A stretch of DNA of 64,000 nucleotides, taken from positions 184,838 through 248,837 of the forward strand of contig NMRA01000042.1 in the NCBI GenBank assembly GCA_002633005.1. The letters are read 5' to 3'. Below, piece after piece: positions 15,601 through 27,600 of the stretch. Position numbers and translations under genes: made by a program. The stretch comes from Phoronis australis. Lineage: Eukaryota; Animalia; Phoronida. A model generated the notes under the pieces. It was not told the origin of the DNA. It searched no databases and saw nothing but the letters and a program-made list of their open reading frames with translations. Position 1 is the first letter of the stretch. The number at the start of each line of letters is the position of its first letter.

Positions 15601-18600
15601 TCAAAAATTTGAGTACCTCTTTTTTAGGCTGGGTGCGCGCACATGCCACAGTTATGTAATTCAAACCTGATCATCTGCATACTCTCACTTTCATCAAGTT
15701 TTCTTCTCCCAACTTTCTTCATATACTTTGTTACAAATTTCAAAACCAGACAGCTTCAACAAGACCTTGCCAATTTCTTATAGCAACTAGGGTTGAAGCA
15801 TTTTCTCATCGAACAGTAGCCTACTCACTCCTGTGACTTGTCTTTGCTCGACTCTAGCTCTTCGATATATGGACGGCAGTCATAGACTTCAGTCTCTTCA
15901 CCATCAGGGGTAGATTGACCATCAGGGGGCACGGCCTCCTGGGGGATAACAGCTTTCTTTTTCTTCAGCGGTGGGCATGGCTTATTGGCTTCCTGTAAAT
16001 ATAGAAATTCTAAGTGAAATGTGTTTTCTGGCTATAACATTTTTCTTATCTTGAAAGATGTCAAAAACTGATGAACTACGAACATTACCCAACAGCAGAA
16101 GAGGTGTAAAAAAGCTTATGGCCAGTAGTGGCATCATACAAGTAGCTGTCGCAAAATGAACACACTAAAACTATATACACAGCACTTGGGCAATGAGATA
16201 GAATCAACATCAATACTTAGTTTAAGGACCATAGCGTTCCCTGGTTGTCAAAGAGGTTTAGCAAAATTACTTGTACAGCACATACCAAAAGCAATCAAAC
16301 AAAATCAAGCGGGGGGGGGGNAAACCAGACGGCTGGACTGCAAAACCTAACTTGGTGGTCGGACCTCAAAATGGGTTGGCCGGTACCTCAAAACCAGATG
16401 GCTGCACCCAAAAAACTGGTTGGCCAGATCTAAAATGGGTTAGCTGGTGCTCAAACACAATGGCCGCACAAATCGCTGATTTTGAGCAAAACAAACAAAC
16501 GGGTACAAAAACTACTAAATGTCACTTGAGTCCTTCAAAGCGAGTCTCTGAGGAAGACCGGCCATCACATTTTTTCTCCAGCCAACTGGTTATAGCACCA
16601 GCCAACACGTTTTGGATCCAGCCAACTAGTTTTTTGGTTGAGGCCATCGTGTTTTGAAATCCCAAGAACACACACATTGCAGTCCAGCCGACTTGGTTTT
16701 GAAGTCCGACCAATTGTTGATTCCAACCTTGAAAATCCCATTTCCCCATTCTTCTAATTCTGTGTACAACAACAATGATGAGCAACGACCCGTCATGCCA
16801 CCAACATTTTAATGACTACCTTTCCACCACGCTGTCATTCCCAGTCATGACAAACACCTACTATGACAATGAATTTCATTTCCATCTAGTCAACACAAGA
16901 ACTTTTGTGGTGTACTGTACATATTGACAGATTCTTGCGTTATTTCTTGAAAACAAGACCATCAAATTTTGCTGTTAATGTAAGATTAATCTAAGTACAT
17001 CTGAGAACACTAAAAGTATTCAGGTAGACTGCTCAATATATTTTGCAACTCAGCTCCCTCAGGTTTACATCTCTAAGGTAATTTGCCACTACTGGATCTA
17101 GACATAAGCAGACACACTCTTCTCATTAAGTGGTCATAACAGTGCAGACTGCACTGCTTAGAAATGGACCGAGCCCCTCCAATGAAGGATTTCGAACAAT
17201 GTAATGACTATACCTTGCTCTGCTTAAAGATGGGCCAAGTCCCTCCAATGAAGGATTTCTAACAGTGTAATGACTATACCTTGCACTGCTTAGAGATGGA
17301 CCGAGCCCCTCCAATGAAGGATTTCGAACAATGTAATGACTACACCTTGCACTGCTTAGAAATGGACCGAGCCCCTCCAATGAAGGATTTCTAACAGTGT
17401 AATGACTATACCTTGCACTGCTTAGAGATGGACCGAGCCCCTCCAATGAAGGATTTCTAACAGTGTAATGACTATACCTTGCACTGCTTAGAGATGGACC
17501 GAGCCCCTACCATAAAGGATTTCTAACAATGTAATGACTATACCTTGCACTGCTTAGAGATGGACCGAGCCCCTACCATCAAGGATTTTTAACAATGTAA
17601 TGACTATACCTTGCACTGCTTAGAGATGGACCGAGCCCCTACAATCAAGGATTTCTAACAATGTAATGACTATACCTTGCACTGCTTAGAGATGGACCGA
17701 GCCCCTACCATGAAGGATTTCTAACAGTGTAATGACTATACCTTGCACTGCTTAGAGATGGACCGAGCCCCTACCATCAAGGATTTCTAACAATGTAATG
17801 ACTATACCTTGCACTGTTTAGAGATGGACCGAGCCTCTCCAATGAAGGATTTCTAACAATGTAATGACTATACCTTGCACTGCTTCAGCTTCTCTTTCTT
17901 TCTGCTTTGCTCTTTGTGTTTCTTGAGGCGAGCCAGCAAAAACTGCCTCTTTCTCTCTGCTACACTCTTTGGCATCAGCTTTCTCACTTTCTTGTTCCCT
18001 TTCACACCAGTCTAGATGAGAGAAGAAGCCACAATAACAAGTTAAAATCATGAAATAAATGCTGAGATGCATAGTGAAATGATGATGTTTCAAAAACAAA
18101 CAAATGTACGTGTAATTGGGTAAAACATTGTTATTTTGCAATGCTGATATGTTCTTTTCTTAGTAAGCCCATGCAAGTATTCCTGTTCAACTTTTCAAAA
18201 ACATGGTTCAGCCTAATTGGTATTGAATACAATAATGAAGCAAGTGATAAGAGCTACGCCTGAGCACATGGCAAAGATATCAAGGGTACTAATTTAGTTT
18301 GAGAAATCCATGGACAAGAAAACTTCATTGCAACAAGAGGGTACAGCATTAGAAGGATTCTTCAAAAAATAAGTAGGTACCGGATTTAAATTAGTAAAGA
18401 CAGTCATCATGTGCCAAATTTAACAAAGATCACTGACTGCAAATAGTCGGGCATAGGAGAGTCCAGAAAAACACAAAAAAACAAAAAAGTTTGATGTATA
18501 AAATTCAAACTTTTGATTCTTTTGGAAAGAACAAAAGATAATTCAAACTGACTTGTACGGTTGAAACTTTGAAGAATGATCAGGCATCGGTTCAACTTTG

Positions 18601-21600
18601 AGTAAAAATTGAAAAAATAAATTATATAAAAATTGAAAAAAAAATTATGAAAGGATTAATTAAGAACATAATTGGTTCATTTTTATAGTCTTCCAGAACT
18701 AAGAGATGGATGTAAACCAATATGCAGATTTTTGCCAAAGTTAAGAAGAATCGTCCCGTCCCAACACAGACGTTCCAGCAAAGCATAAACATATGGGTCT
18801 GCATGCAAGTTGCACGCAACATGACTGACCGTAGAGCCTTGCTCAGATACGCCAGAGGCCACAGTTCTTTTCAACATCTCCCTCTCACCATCACCAGTTG
18901 TGTTGGTGTTTGCTGCCTCATCAACCTTCTCAGATAGCTCAACCTCCTCATCAGGCTTCTGCAAGGGACCAGTCAAAAATGTACTTAAAAGAGAAAGCTA
19001 ATTAAAATAAATTCTAGAGCAATATTACTCTACTCGACTGTTGATTATTTTCTGTAGTTCACTACCCCCTGTTCCCTTCACTCGGTGCGTAGTTCACTAC
19101 CCTCTGCCCCATCATCTAGAATTAGCCAAATTTTATCATAAGTGTTACTGCAAAATACACATCAGAAACAGTGAGCAACATCATTCAAAATCAAGGTCCT
19201 TGTGCTACTGATGTAGCAGGCAAGGTGATACACAAGTGTATGATATTCCGAGTTAATAAAATAACTCAATGATTTTACACTTAACCAAGTATTACATCAA
19301 CAGTGAACTTGAAAAAGATTTAGTGAGTTGATGTAGTAAACCAGATTATACCTCTGCATCATTGGCACTTTCATTCAGATCTTTGGGTGAAACTTGTTTT
19401 TGCACCTTTGGCTGGCCTTGCTTATCACTGACATTTGGCACAGACTATAACACATAAAGCATTAGGCATCAACCAACACTCACATTGAAATAATTTGTTG
19501 ACTGAAGTGAAACAAATAACAACAATTTACGATACAATTAGAAATGCAAAAAGACGATTGCGATGGTTAAATGTATTTTATACAATGTGGTTGTGACAAG
19601 AACGTATGACCATTTAAAAAAATGTCCATGCATGATCCAGATGTTGTCAGTGGTATAGAACTGCTGCAGGCAGCGGATGTAAGTAAGAGAATGAATGCCA
19701 ATTAATATATTAACATAATATATTCTCATATCACAGATTACTTCCACTTCAACTTTAACCTGAGGACAAAACTTCAATAGGCAGACAGTACTGCAGTGAG
19801 GTCGGCTGTTCCAGCAGAGACCTTCAGTAGTGAAGAGTACCATGCTATATGAATAGCTGCTTACTGGCAGATAAATGACCAATGATCACATGACTATGAC
19901 TAATGTACAAGATCACCTGTTCTCCAGTCACTTCCTGTTCCTGACCAGAATCCAACTCAGAGGCAGAGCATTCCTCCTCTGTGTCCACTGCCTGGTGGTG
20001 CTGATGGTGGTGGTGACGGTGGTAATGACCATGTTGTTTTTTGTGGTGGTACAAGAGAGCTTCATCAGTCAATGCATCCTCATCCGTGTCCAACTAAAAC
20101 GCAGAATGTGATAAGTAACACCACCCTGGTTAAAAAATGTCCACACATCTGTGCAGTCAACCAAATGAATGTTTGTTGAAGGTTGCTAACACTATTTGGC
20201 CTCCGCGCCTTTGAAACTGGGATACAGTCTCTGAAATATAAAACTGACAGTCATAAAAGCATGGCAAACAGATCATAAGCATCATGGAATGCCGGCCAAG
20301 GGCATGGTCACTGTGCATCCTGATTTTCACAGTTTGTTTGCAGGCCCAGGTCACTGTGCGTTTCTTAGGCAAGCTTGTCAGTATAAAAAGAGTGGTCTCC
20401 AAACCTTTATTGCATTGAAAAAGTAACCACAGATTGAACAGCGCAGCTGCTAAACAAAACATTGCAGCGGAGTCAAACCCACCTCTTCATCCTCATCCCA
20501 GCTTTCATCTTCCTCCTCCTCGTCTTCTTCTTCTTCAAGATGTTGCCTAGCAACACGCTGCAGCATATGTTGATGAAGAGCACGTGTCTTCTCACCTTCT
20601 TCCCCACTCACCACGTCTAAAAAGTCAACATTTGGCAATAAAATAACGCTTACACTGGATGACATGGTAAAGGAAAACAAATATGATTCTTGTGAGGGCC
20701 CCCATGGAAAGCAGTAGGAACTGATGGGGCTACCCTCATTGTAAATATTACATTAATACATAAATAAATAAATAATAATAAATGTCTACACTGGCATAAT
20801 TCCTCATAAAAGGATTTTTCAATGAATTCATAACAATCACTTCTATAAATTCATATGAATGGTATGATATAATACAAGTTAGTTAATAAGAATTTATAAC
20901 AATTGATAAAATTTTTCATGCAAGGTTTATCACCATTCATGACGGTGCAATGAACGATATCAGATTGATGATCATTTATCAACATCCTGGCATGAATTTG
21001 TTATATCAACCAAAATGAGAGCATGCAATATCCATTTATTACAAATTCCTGATGTCTATTCAGTAAAATAGCAAACCAAAGACAGCAACGTATTGTAAAC
21101 AGCAAACAAATAATACTTGACTTCACGAATAAAATATTTTGTTAGCAAAATGTCTTCTTGGGGTCAACCCTCAACCACTTCTGTCTTTTCCATATAAATC
21201 ACAGGTGTTGGAAAATAGCTCCAGTACCGCACTGTGCTATCTTTTTGCGACTGAAGGTACTTAATTCTGTTTTTGTTTATTTGTTTTTGACAGAAGTAGC
21301 TGCTTGAAGCACAATGATGTGTGATAGTGTAGAACAGCCTGCTGAATATTACAACAATCACACCAGTTTCTACAGTAAGGCATAGCAATGTGGACTCTAA
21401 TAATAACTACTACAACCATCGCACATACCCCCTTCAGCCATGTGTCCATGACCTGTGACAAACTCGCCTTCCTCAAAGATGCCACTATGCAAGCTATCGT
21501 CGCTAGCATTGCTCAGACCACTGTTGCTGGTGTCGTGACCATGGCGACTGGGTCGTCGGTGATGGTGACCATGGTGGCGCTGCTTGGCATGGTGCTGTCC

Positions 21601-24600
21601 ACAATCACACTGTTCCAGTTGCGATTTATGGGGGTGATCCACTTCCTGCCAATTTCATGAAAAAATTTCAAATTATTGAGATTAACTGATTTTGTCCAGA
21701 GAGGACACTGATAAGAAGTATCTATCTTTACCATATCTGTGCAAAATTTCACAAAACTTAGATGTTAAAACTAGTTCTGCTTACCGAATGGTCTTCCTCC
21801 ATTTCTTCCTCACTGGTTTCAGTTTCGTCACTAGAGGTCCCTGCATGCTTTGCTAAGACTCCTGTGAATGAAAGCCAGGCCAGATAAAACTAAATTTTAT
21901 TTGAAATTTTATTGTCTGCGATTCATCAGCCTTATAACTACATGTGTGCTTGTAATGAAACAAACAAACTAAGAGAGCCAAAAACAAACGTCCTGACTGA
22001 ACACAGTCTCTCAATCTTATCATTATTCTGTTTTTCAGTTTGGTACCATGTTCAGTTAAAACTTTTACCCGACATACACTCAGGCAGAGCAAAATAGAAA
22101 ATATTAACTTTTAGGCACTATTCCCACCATGTCATCTGGTTTAATTGAAAGTGTGATTAAACAAAACAGATATCTCATCTGAAATTTCCCAAGTGGTTGC
22201 CTGTATCAAACCACTTTATCACATATATGTAACAGATAGGGCAAAAAGCACAGTTGGCTCTGGTCTGTACCCCAACACTTTTTGAGACAAACATTCACCG
22301 AGTGAAAAAAAGAAAACGCAACACAAAAACACCCACATACATCAATTTCAGGGAAAATCTTGTGATCTTCTTTTTTGAAAAGCTGCACAATGGCACATAT
22401 AAGCAAAGTTTGAAACGCCATGATTTGCCAAGTGATCAGTAAAGAAAATCCTGCATCATTTTTGTTCATCATGATGATTTTCTTCTTTGGAACAGCGAAC
22501 AACAAAAAATACCGCACCAATTTTCAAAACAAAACCCACCAAAACTAACTATGCTTCATGGTCTAAGTATTTTAGATAATTCAGAGAACAAGCGATCTAT
22601 GTCCTCATTCTAATAGCTAAAAATGAAGCTATACCATCGTTCCCACCTTTTCCCAGTTCTTCCTGTTCACGTGTAAGAGCCGTGAAACTCTGATGTGTCT
22701 GCTGTGTTAATGTTGTCACGTGACTCTGTGAAGGAAGTGGACGACTCCAGACAGCTTTTGTTAGAGCACACGCCAAGAAGAGAGTCTACAGCAGGAAAAC
22801 AATCATAGCATTTAGCCACATCGTCTAAAACTTGTTTCATATTAATCTGAAGAAGCCCATTTTCCCTTTGACTAAATTACATGTAAAGCGCTGTCAGGTT
22901 TCACATCTGGTCGCAGCTAAGGCAATATTACCTCAAATTTCCAATGGCAAACAATGGTTCATGAAGAAGGGCCTTTACCTTGAACGATAACGTTTACATC
23001 AGTAGCAACATTTTGTTCTTACAAAAAATGCACCAAAGACTTAGCAATAACATGTGTGTGACCTTCTCAGCTACGACCGGACTTTCCCACATTGATGGGC
23101 TCCCCAGGCTAGACACTAGCATTATCAGATATTGTTCCATGTTTAAAATACCAGTATCGTTTAACTACAATGCAAACACCTGAGACTAGACACTAGCGAC
23201 AACAGATATTGCACTAGGTTTATACCAGTATCACCCAACTACAATATACACACCTGCTCATTATGCGCCTGAGGCTCGATGCCAGACACCAGCTTTAGTA
23301 GATATTGCACCAAGTTTATCTCTAGGTTCTTGATCAGAGCTATCAACAAATCCTGCACCTGTCGGCTACAGTGCTTCAGCTGAAATTCACATCAACATAA
23401 ATCAACCTAGGGGACCATAGTGTATTATTTACAACAACATCTGAAGCACGGTTAGCAAGAGAACTCGTGGCTTACATAACACAAACAGTGGATATTACGA
23501 GTGTGCACTTGGACAATCCATAACTTAACATTCTGTCATAATCATTTTACCATGAGTTTTAATTGCTGCTATTTTGCTAAAGTGTATTTAGTTGCGAAAC
23601 CATAGCAAGATTTTAAGTTACACTAGCCCCAGACTCAAGATAACTTAGACACACTGAATTTACACCAGGAGCTTTTTTCTCAAAATGGTGTTAAAATTCT
23701 TCTAAAAAGCAAGAGATCTGTCTTCGAACAGACAGCTTTTAAATTTTGCAATCAGTTTACAGGTAGGGTGTATTTTAAAATTACAAAAATCAGGGAGATA
23801 TTTCTCAATGAAGAGTTTGGCTTTGGCCTAAAACCTGAAGCCATCTATCTTTGAATGGACAACTTAAAGTCTAATCTATGGACCTGGCTTTGATAGTGGA
23901 AGATGGCAAGAATATTAAGTCAACAAACATGTCACATATAAATCACATAAACTTTATCCCAAAAGAGAATTTAAATTGGCTTTCTACCAAAACACTTAAG
24001 GAAAAGGCCAAATCTGCCAGAAAACCACATTGAAGGGTAGTATATAGCACATATTTCATTGTGTACGGAAACATCTTCGGCTTATCTGTCGTCTGAAAGG
24101 TGAGGGTGTATATATCCTTCACTTACCTGAGCCGCAGCCCATATACTGTCTATGTGTTCCTCGTTAATTCGGCTCTCAATGGCAAGGAAGTTGAGCACAA
24201 TTTGGCTTTGTTTTATAATCTGTAAAATGATATATTCTTATTAAATGCAGTGATCAGCTCACTGAGTCACAAGCAATATTTTCAGGGCTTGGAATGACCA
24301 ATGATAAAAAACACGGAAAATTTTACGGCCCAAAACATGCGCGCTACCCAGCCTTGAAATAGTCGATGTGAACCTTTCGCCGACAAAAATCGGTAGGACT
24401 AAAAAAAAAACGTTACCACCATTAGTAGCATGCGTCTGCGTCTTTTTATCTTGTCCATCCACTCCTCCACTCCCACCCCCACNNNNNNNNNNNNNNNNNN
24501 NNNNNNNNNNNNNNNNNNNNNNNNNNNNNNNNNNNNNNNNNNNNNNNNNNNNNNNNNNNNNNNNNNNNNNNNNNNNNNNNNNNNNNNNNNNNNNNNNNNN

Positions 24601-27600
24601 NNNNNNNNNNNNNNNNNNNNNNNNNNNNNNNNNNNNNNNNNNNNNNNNNNNNNNNNNNNNNNNNNNNNNNNNNNNNNNNNNNNNNNNNNNNNNNNNNNNN
24701 NNNNNNNNNNNNNNNNNNNNNNNNNNNNNNNNNNNNNNNNNNNNNNNNNNNNNNNNNNNNNNNNNNNNNNNNNNNNNNNNNNNNNNNNNNNNNNNNNNNN
24801 NNNNNNNNNNNNNNNNNNNNNNNNNNNNNNNNNNNNNNNNNNNNNNNNNNNNNNNNNNNNNNNNNNNNNNNNNNNNNNNNNNNNNNNNNNNNNNNNNNNN
24901 NNNNNNNNNNNNNNNNNNNNNNNNNNNNNNNNNNNNNNNNNNNNNNNNNNNNNNNNNNNNNNNNNNNNNNNNNNNNNNNNNNNNNNNNNNNNNNNNNNNN
25001 NNNNNNNNNNNNNNNNNNNNNNNNNNNNNNNNNNNNNNNNNNNNNNNNNNNNNNNNNNNNNNNNNNNNNNNNNNNNNNNNNNNNNNNNNNNNNNNNNNNN
25101 NNNNNNNNNNNNNNNNNNNNNNNNNNNNNNNNNNNNNNNNNNNNNNNNNNNNNNNNNNNNNNNNNNNNNNNNNNNNNNNNNNNNNNNNNNNNNNNNNNNN
25201 NNNNNNNNNNNNNNNNNNNNNNNNNNNNNNNNNNNNNNNNNNNNTAAAAACTGCCACTAGGAGGCGCCACAGTAGTTGAAATCGTCAGAAAATCATCGTC
25301 AACCGTCCTCTACATAGTAAGCATATACATGCCAATTTTCACAATCATCCTTTGAGCGGTTTGGTTGATAGAGGGGTGGATGCACAAAAAAACACTAAAA
25401 ATGGCCACTAGGTGGCGCAAACTACGTCGAATCCATCTGAAAACGGCAGGATAGCGCCATCTCACTAATACGTGCCTACATACCAAATTTCATGAAAATC
25501 CGTTCAGGACTTTTGAAGATACAAAGGTAAGCGTAAAAAACTAAAATTGCCACTAGGGGGCACACCGGTAGTCGGATCCGTCCGAAAGTTCGCACATGCC
25601 GTCCCATTCATGAATGGAAAATATGTGCCAAATTTCATGAACATATGTCAAAGGGTTTTGGAGATAGAGCAGCGGACGCCGGACGCCAGACGCCGGATGG
25701 ACGCCGCCCGTACGGACGGACGGACGGAGATGACGGCATAATGCGTCCACATATAAATATGTGGGCGCATAAAAATGCGCGGACAGAACATTTGAAAAAA
25801 GCGGAAATCCGCGTTTCAGCGAAAAATTCCAAGCCCTGTATTTTACACAATAGCATTTTTAATAACAAGTGAATTGTGAATTCAGATAAGGATACATCAC
25901 ATTACATACACCTTTCTGTATTATTTGTCTTTGATTTCAACAAATTATTGTATGCACATAGTGTGACACTTCACATCATGCTTAGCCAGCAAACATTGGC
26001 AAAGAAAGCCTACACAACCTCAACATGTGGAATATATGGAGAACTTTCTTAAACATAGCTGAGAAGTGCAATTCAATGTTACTCCAATCTAATCAGTAGC
26101 ACCAAAGACCTACGCTACCTCAACGTGTAAGTTTGGTCCAAAGATGTGCTGGATTATCTTGTTCTGTGCCAGCCAATCAGCTAACTGGCAGCCTACATTC
26201 TCGGGTTCAACAAGATTCTCACTGTTGACTATCTCATTGTAGTTAGTGATATAGTTCTGAAATGAAGAACATAGAATTATATACACTAGCCAATATGAGT
26301 CTATAAAGCATGTTGTGATCCACTCATACCAAAGTGAAACTACAGATGTTAATTACTGTAACAGTTAGGAAATGAACAAATTCTTCATCAAGTACAAACC
26401 ATTTCAGATCTCACAAATGTAATTCTCCAATGAGTCGCCCAGCTTAGACCTGTTTCATCGACAAAAGAGACTGTCACATAATGGGAAGCCAAGCCAGTAA
26501 AACTTGCACGAGTCAGTTCTTTGCTTAACTCAATAAAAGTTCTCTGCTACTAACAGCTGTTCAATGCGGAGTTTGATCATGTGGCCCTTCAGATACTGCT
26601 TATTCATCGCATAGAATCTCCCAATGCAGAGTCTAGGATACATTCATTTTATTTGAAATCAAACTCAAAATTGTTTTTGTTATTTTCTGTTGTACTTTTG
26701 TCTGAACTCCAGACAAGTGCCCTTTATTCTGTGCTTGAATACAACGTGGGTTTGTACATGTACGATTATTGTCCAAGTCCAGACTTGAACATTTAGCTTT
26801 ATCGCTGGGGTTGTAAAGTGTAAATAAGCCATTATGTACTCAAGCATGGAATAATATACAGTTATCACGAGCTCACACAAAAGTAAAAAAATACCAAAAA
26901 CAATTTAGATTTCAAGAACTAAGATTAGACCATGGACCTCCTCGGATCCACCTTATGTCAGTTTCATTAACATTATTTTGGTTATTCTGTCCCACAGTTC
27001 AAGCTTGTGGCAACATTTCAATGAATTACAAAAAATTAACATGCACACTCAGGCAAATAAAGTATCTTACGTTGATTTGAGCAATCCCTGTGAGGCGTAA
27101 TGTCAGCGTGGTACAAGTGTAGTATTTGAATGCTAGCTCCAACCCGTCACGGTCAAAGAATGTATTGGTCTCCATAGGTTCTCTTAAAGCTGTCCATAAC
27201 AGGTCAGTGAGGTTCCTGTTACCCGCCAGACGCAGGTCTTTGTCTGACAACTGACACATGTACCTAGGAGAAGGTAGTGATGGCATGAGAGGTGCAGCAA
27301 CATGTTTTGCACGAGACAGTAAAGAGACAGACACTCCTCCTCCTTAAGGTCATGTGAGAAGACAGTAGAAAAATGTCCAAACTTTGAAAACATATCTCAA
27401 AAATGGCTAATCAGATTCATATGAAACTTTTAGCCACTATGCTTTACGCACTGTTGTCCAAACCACGGCCAGGAATCATTTTCAAAATGTTTCACTTGTG
27501 CATGAGGGTTACCAAAATAGGACTATGATTCTTAAGAAAAAAAATCGTCCATAAAATGAAACAATATTTAAGAAAACTGTAACAACACTTTTGAGATCTC

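Larger units (their letters stand above)
24283..25838. mobile_element. hAT-like MITE (13-bp TIR CAGGGCTTGGAAT, 6-bp TSD TATTTT) hosting the HINE copy
   Basis: TIRs at 24283-24295 and 25826-25838; TATTTT at 24277-24282 and 25839-25844. Confidence 0.7.

Noticed and set aside
16300-16740. 128-aa ORF with repeated GW/LVG motifs
   Set aside because: The region has internal direct and inverted sub-repeats typical of a non-autonomous transposon remnant; its termini could not be defined.
17126-17446. 106-aa ORF with 22-aa repeats
   Set aside because: By-product of the 66-bp minisatellite; not in the USP34 frame and has no ATG start.
17148-17885. CRISPR-like regular repeats (also 14137-14412 and 8735-8898)
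   Set aside because: Head-to-tail units without unique spacers, no cas genes, and eukaryotic intron context.
20690-20780. Possible LINE 3' tail ending in (TAAA)n
   Set aside because: Too short to assign without a repeat library.
24259-25279. Four ORFs of 270-330 aa
   Set aside because: Artefacts of the N gap.
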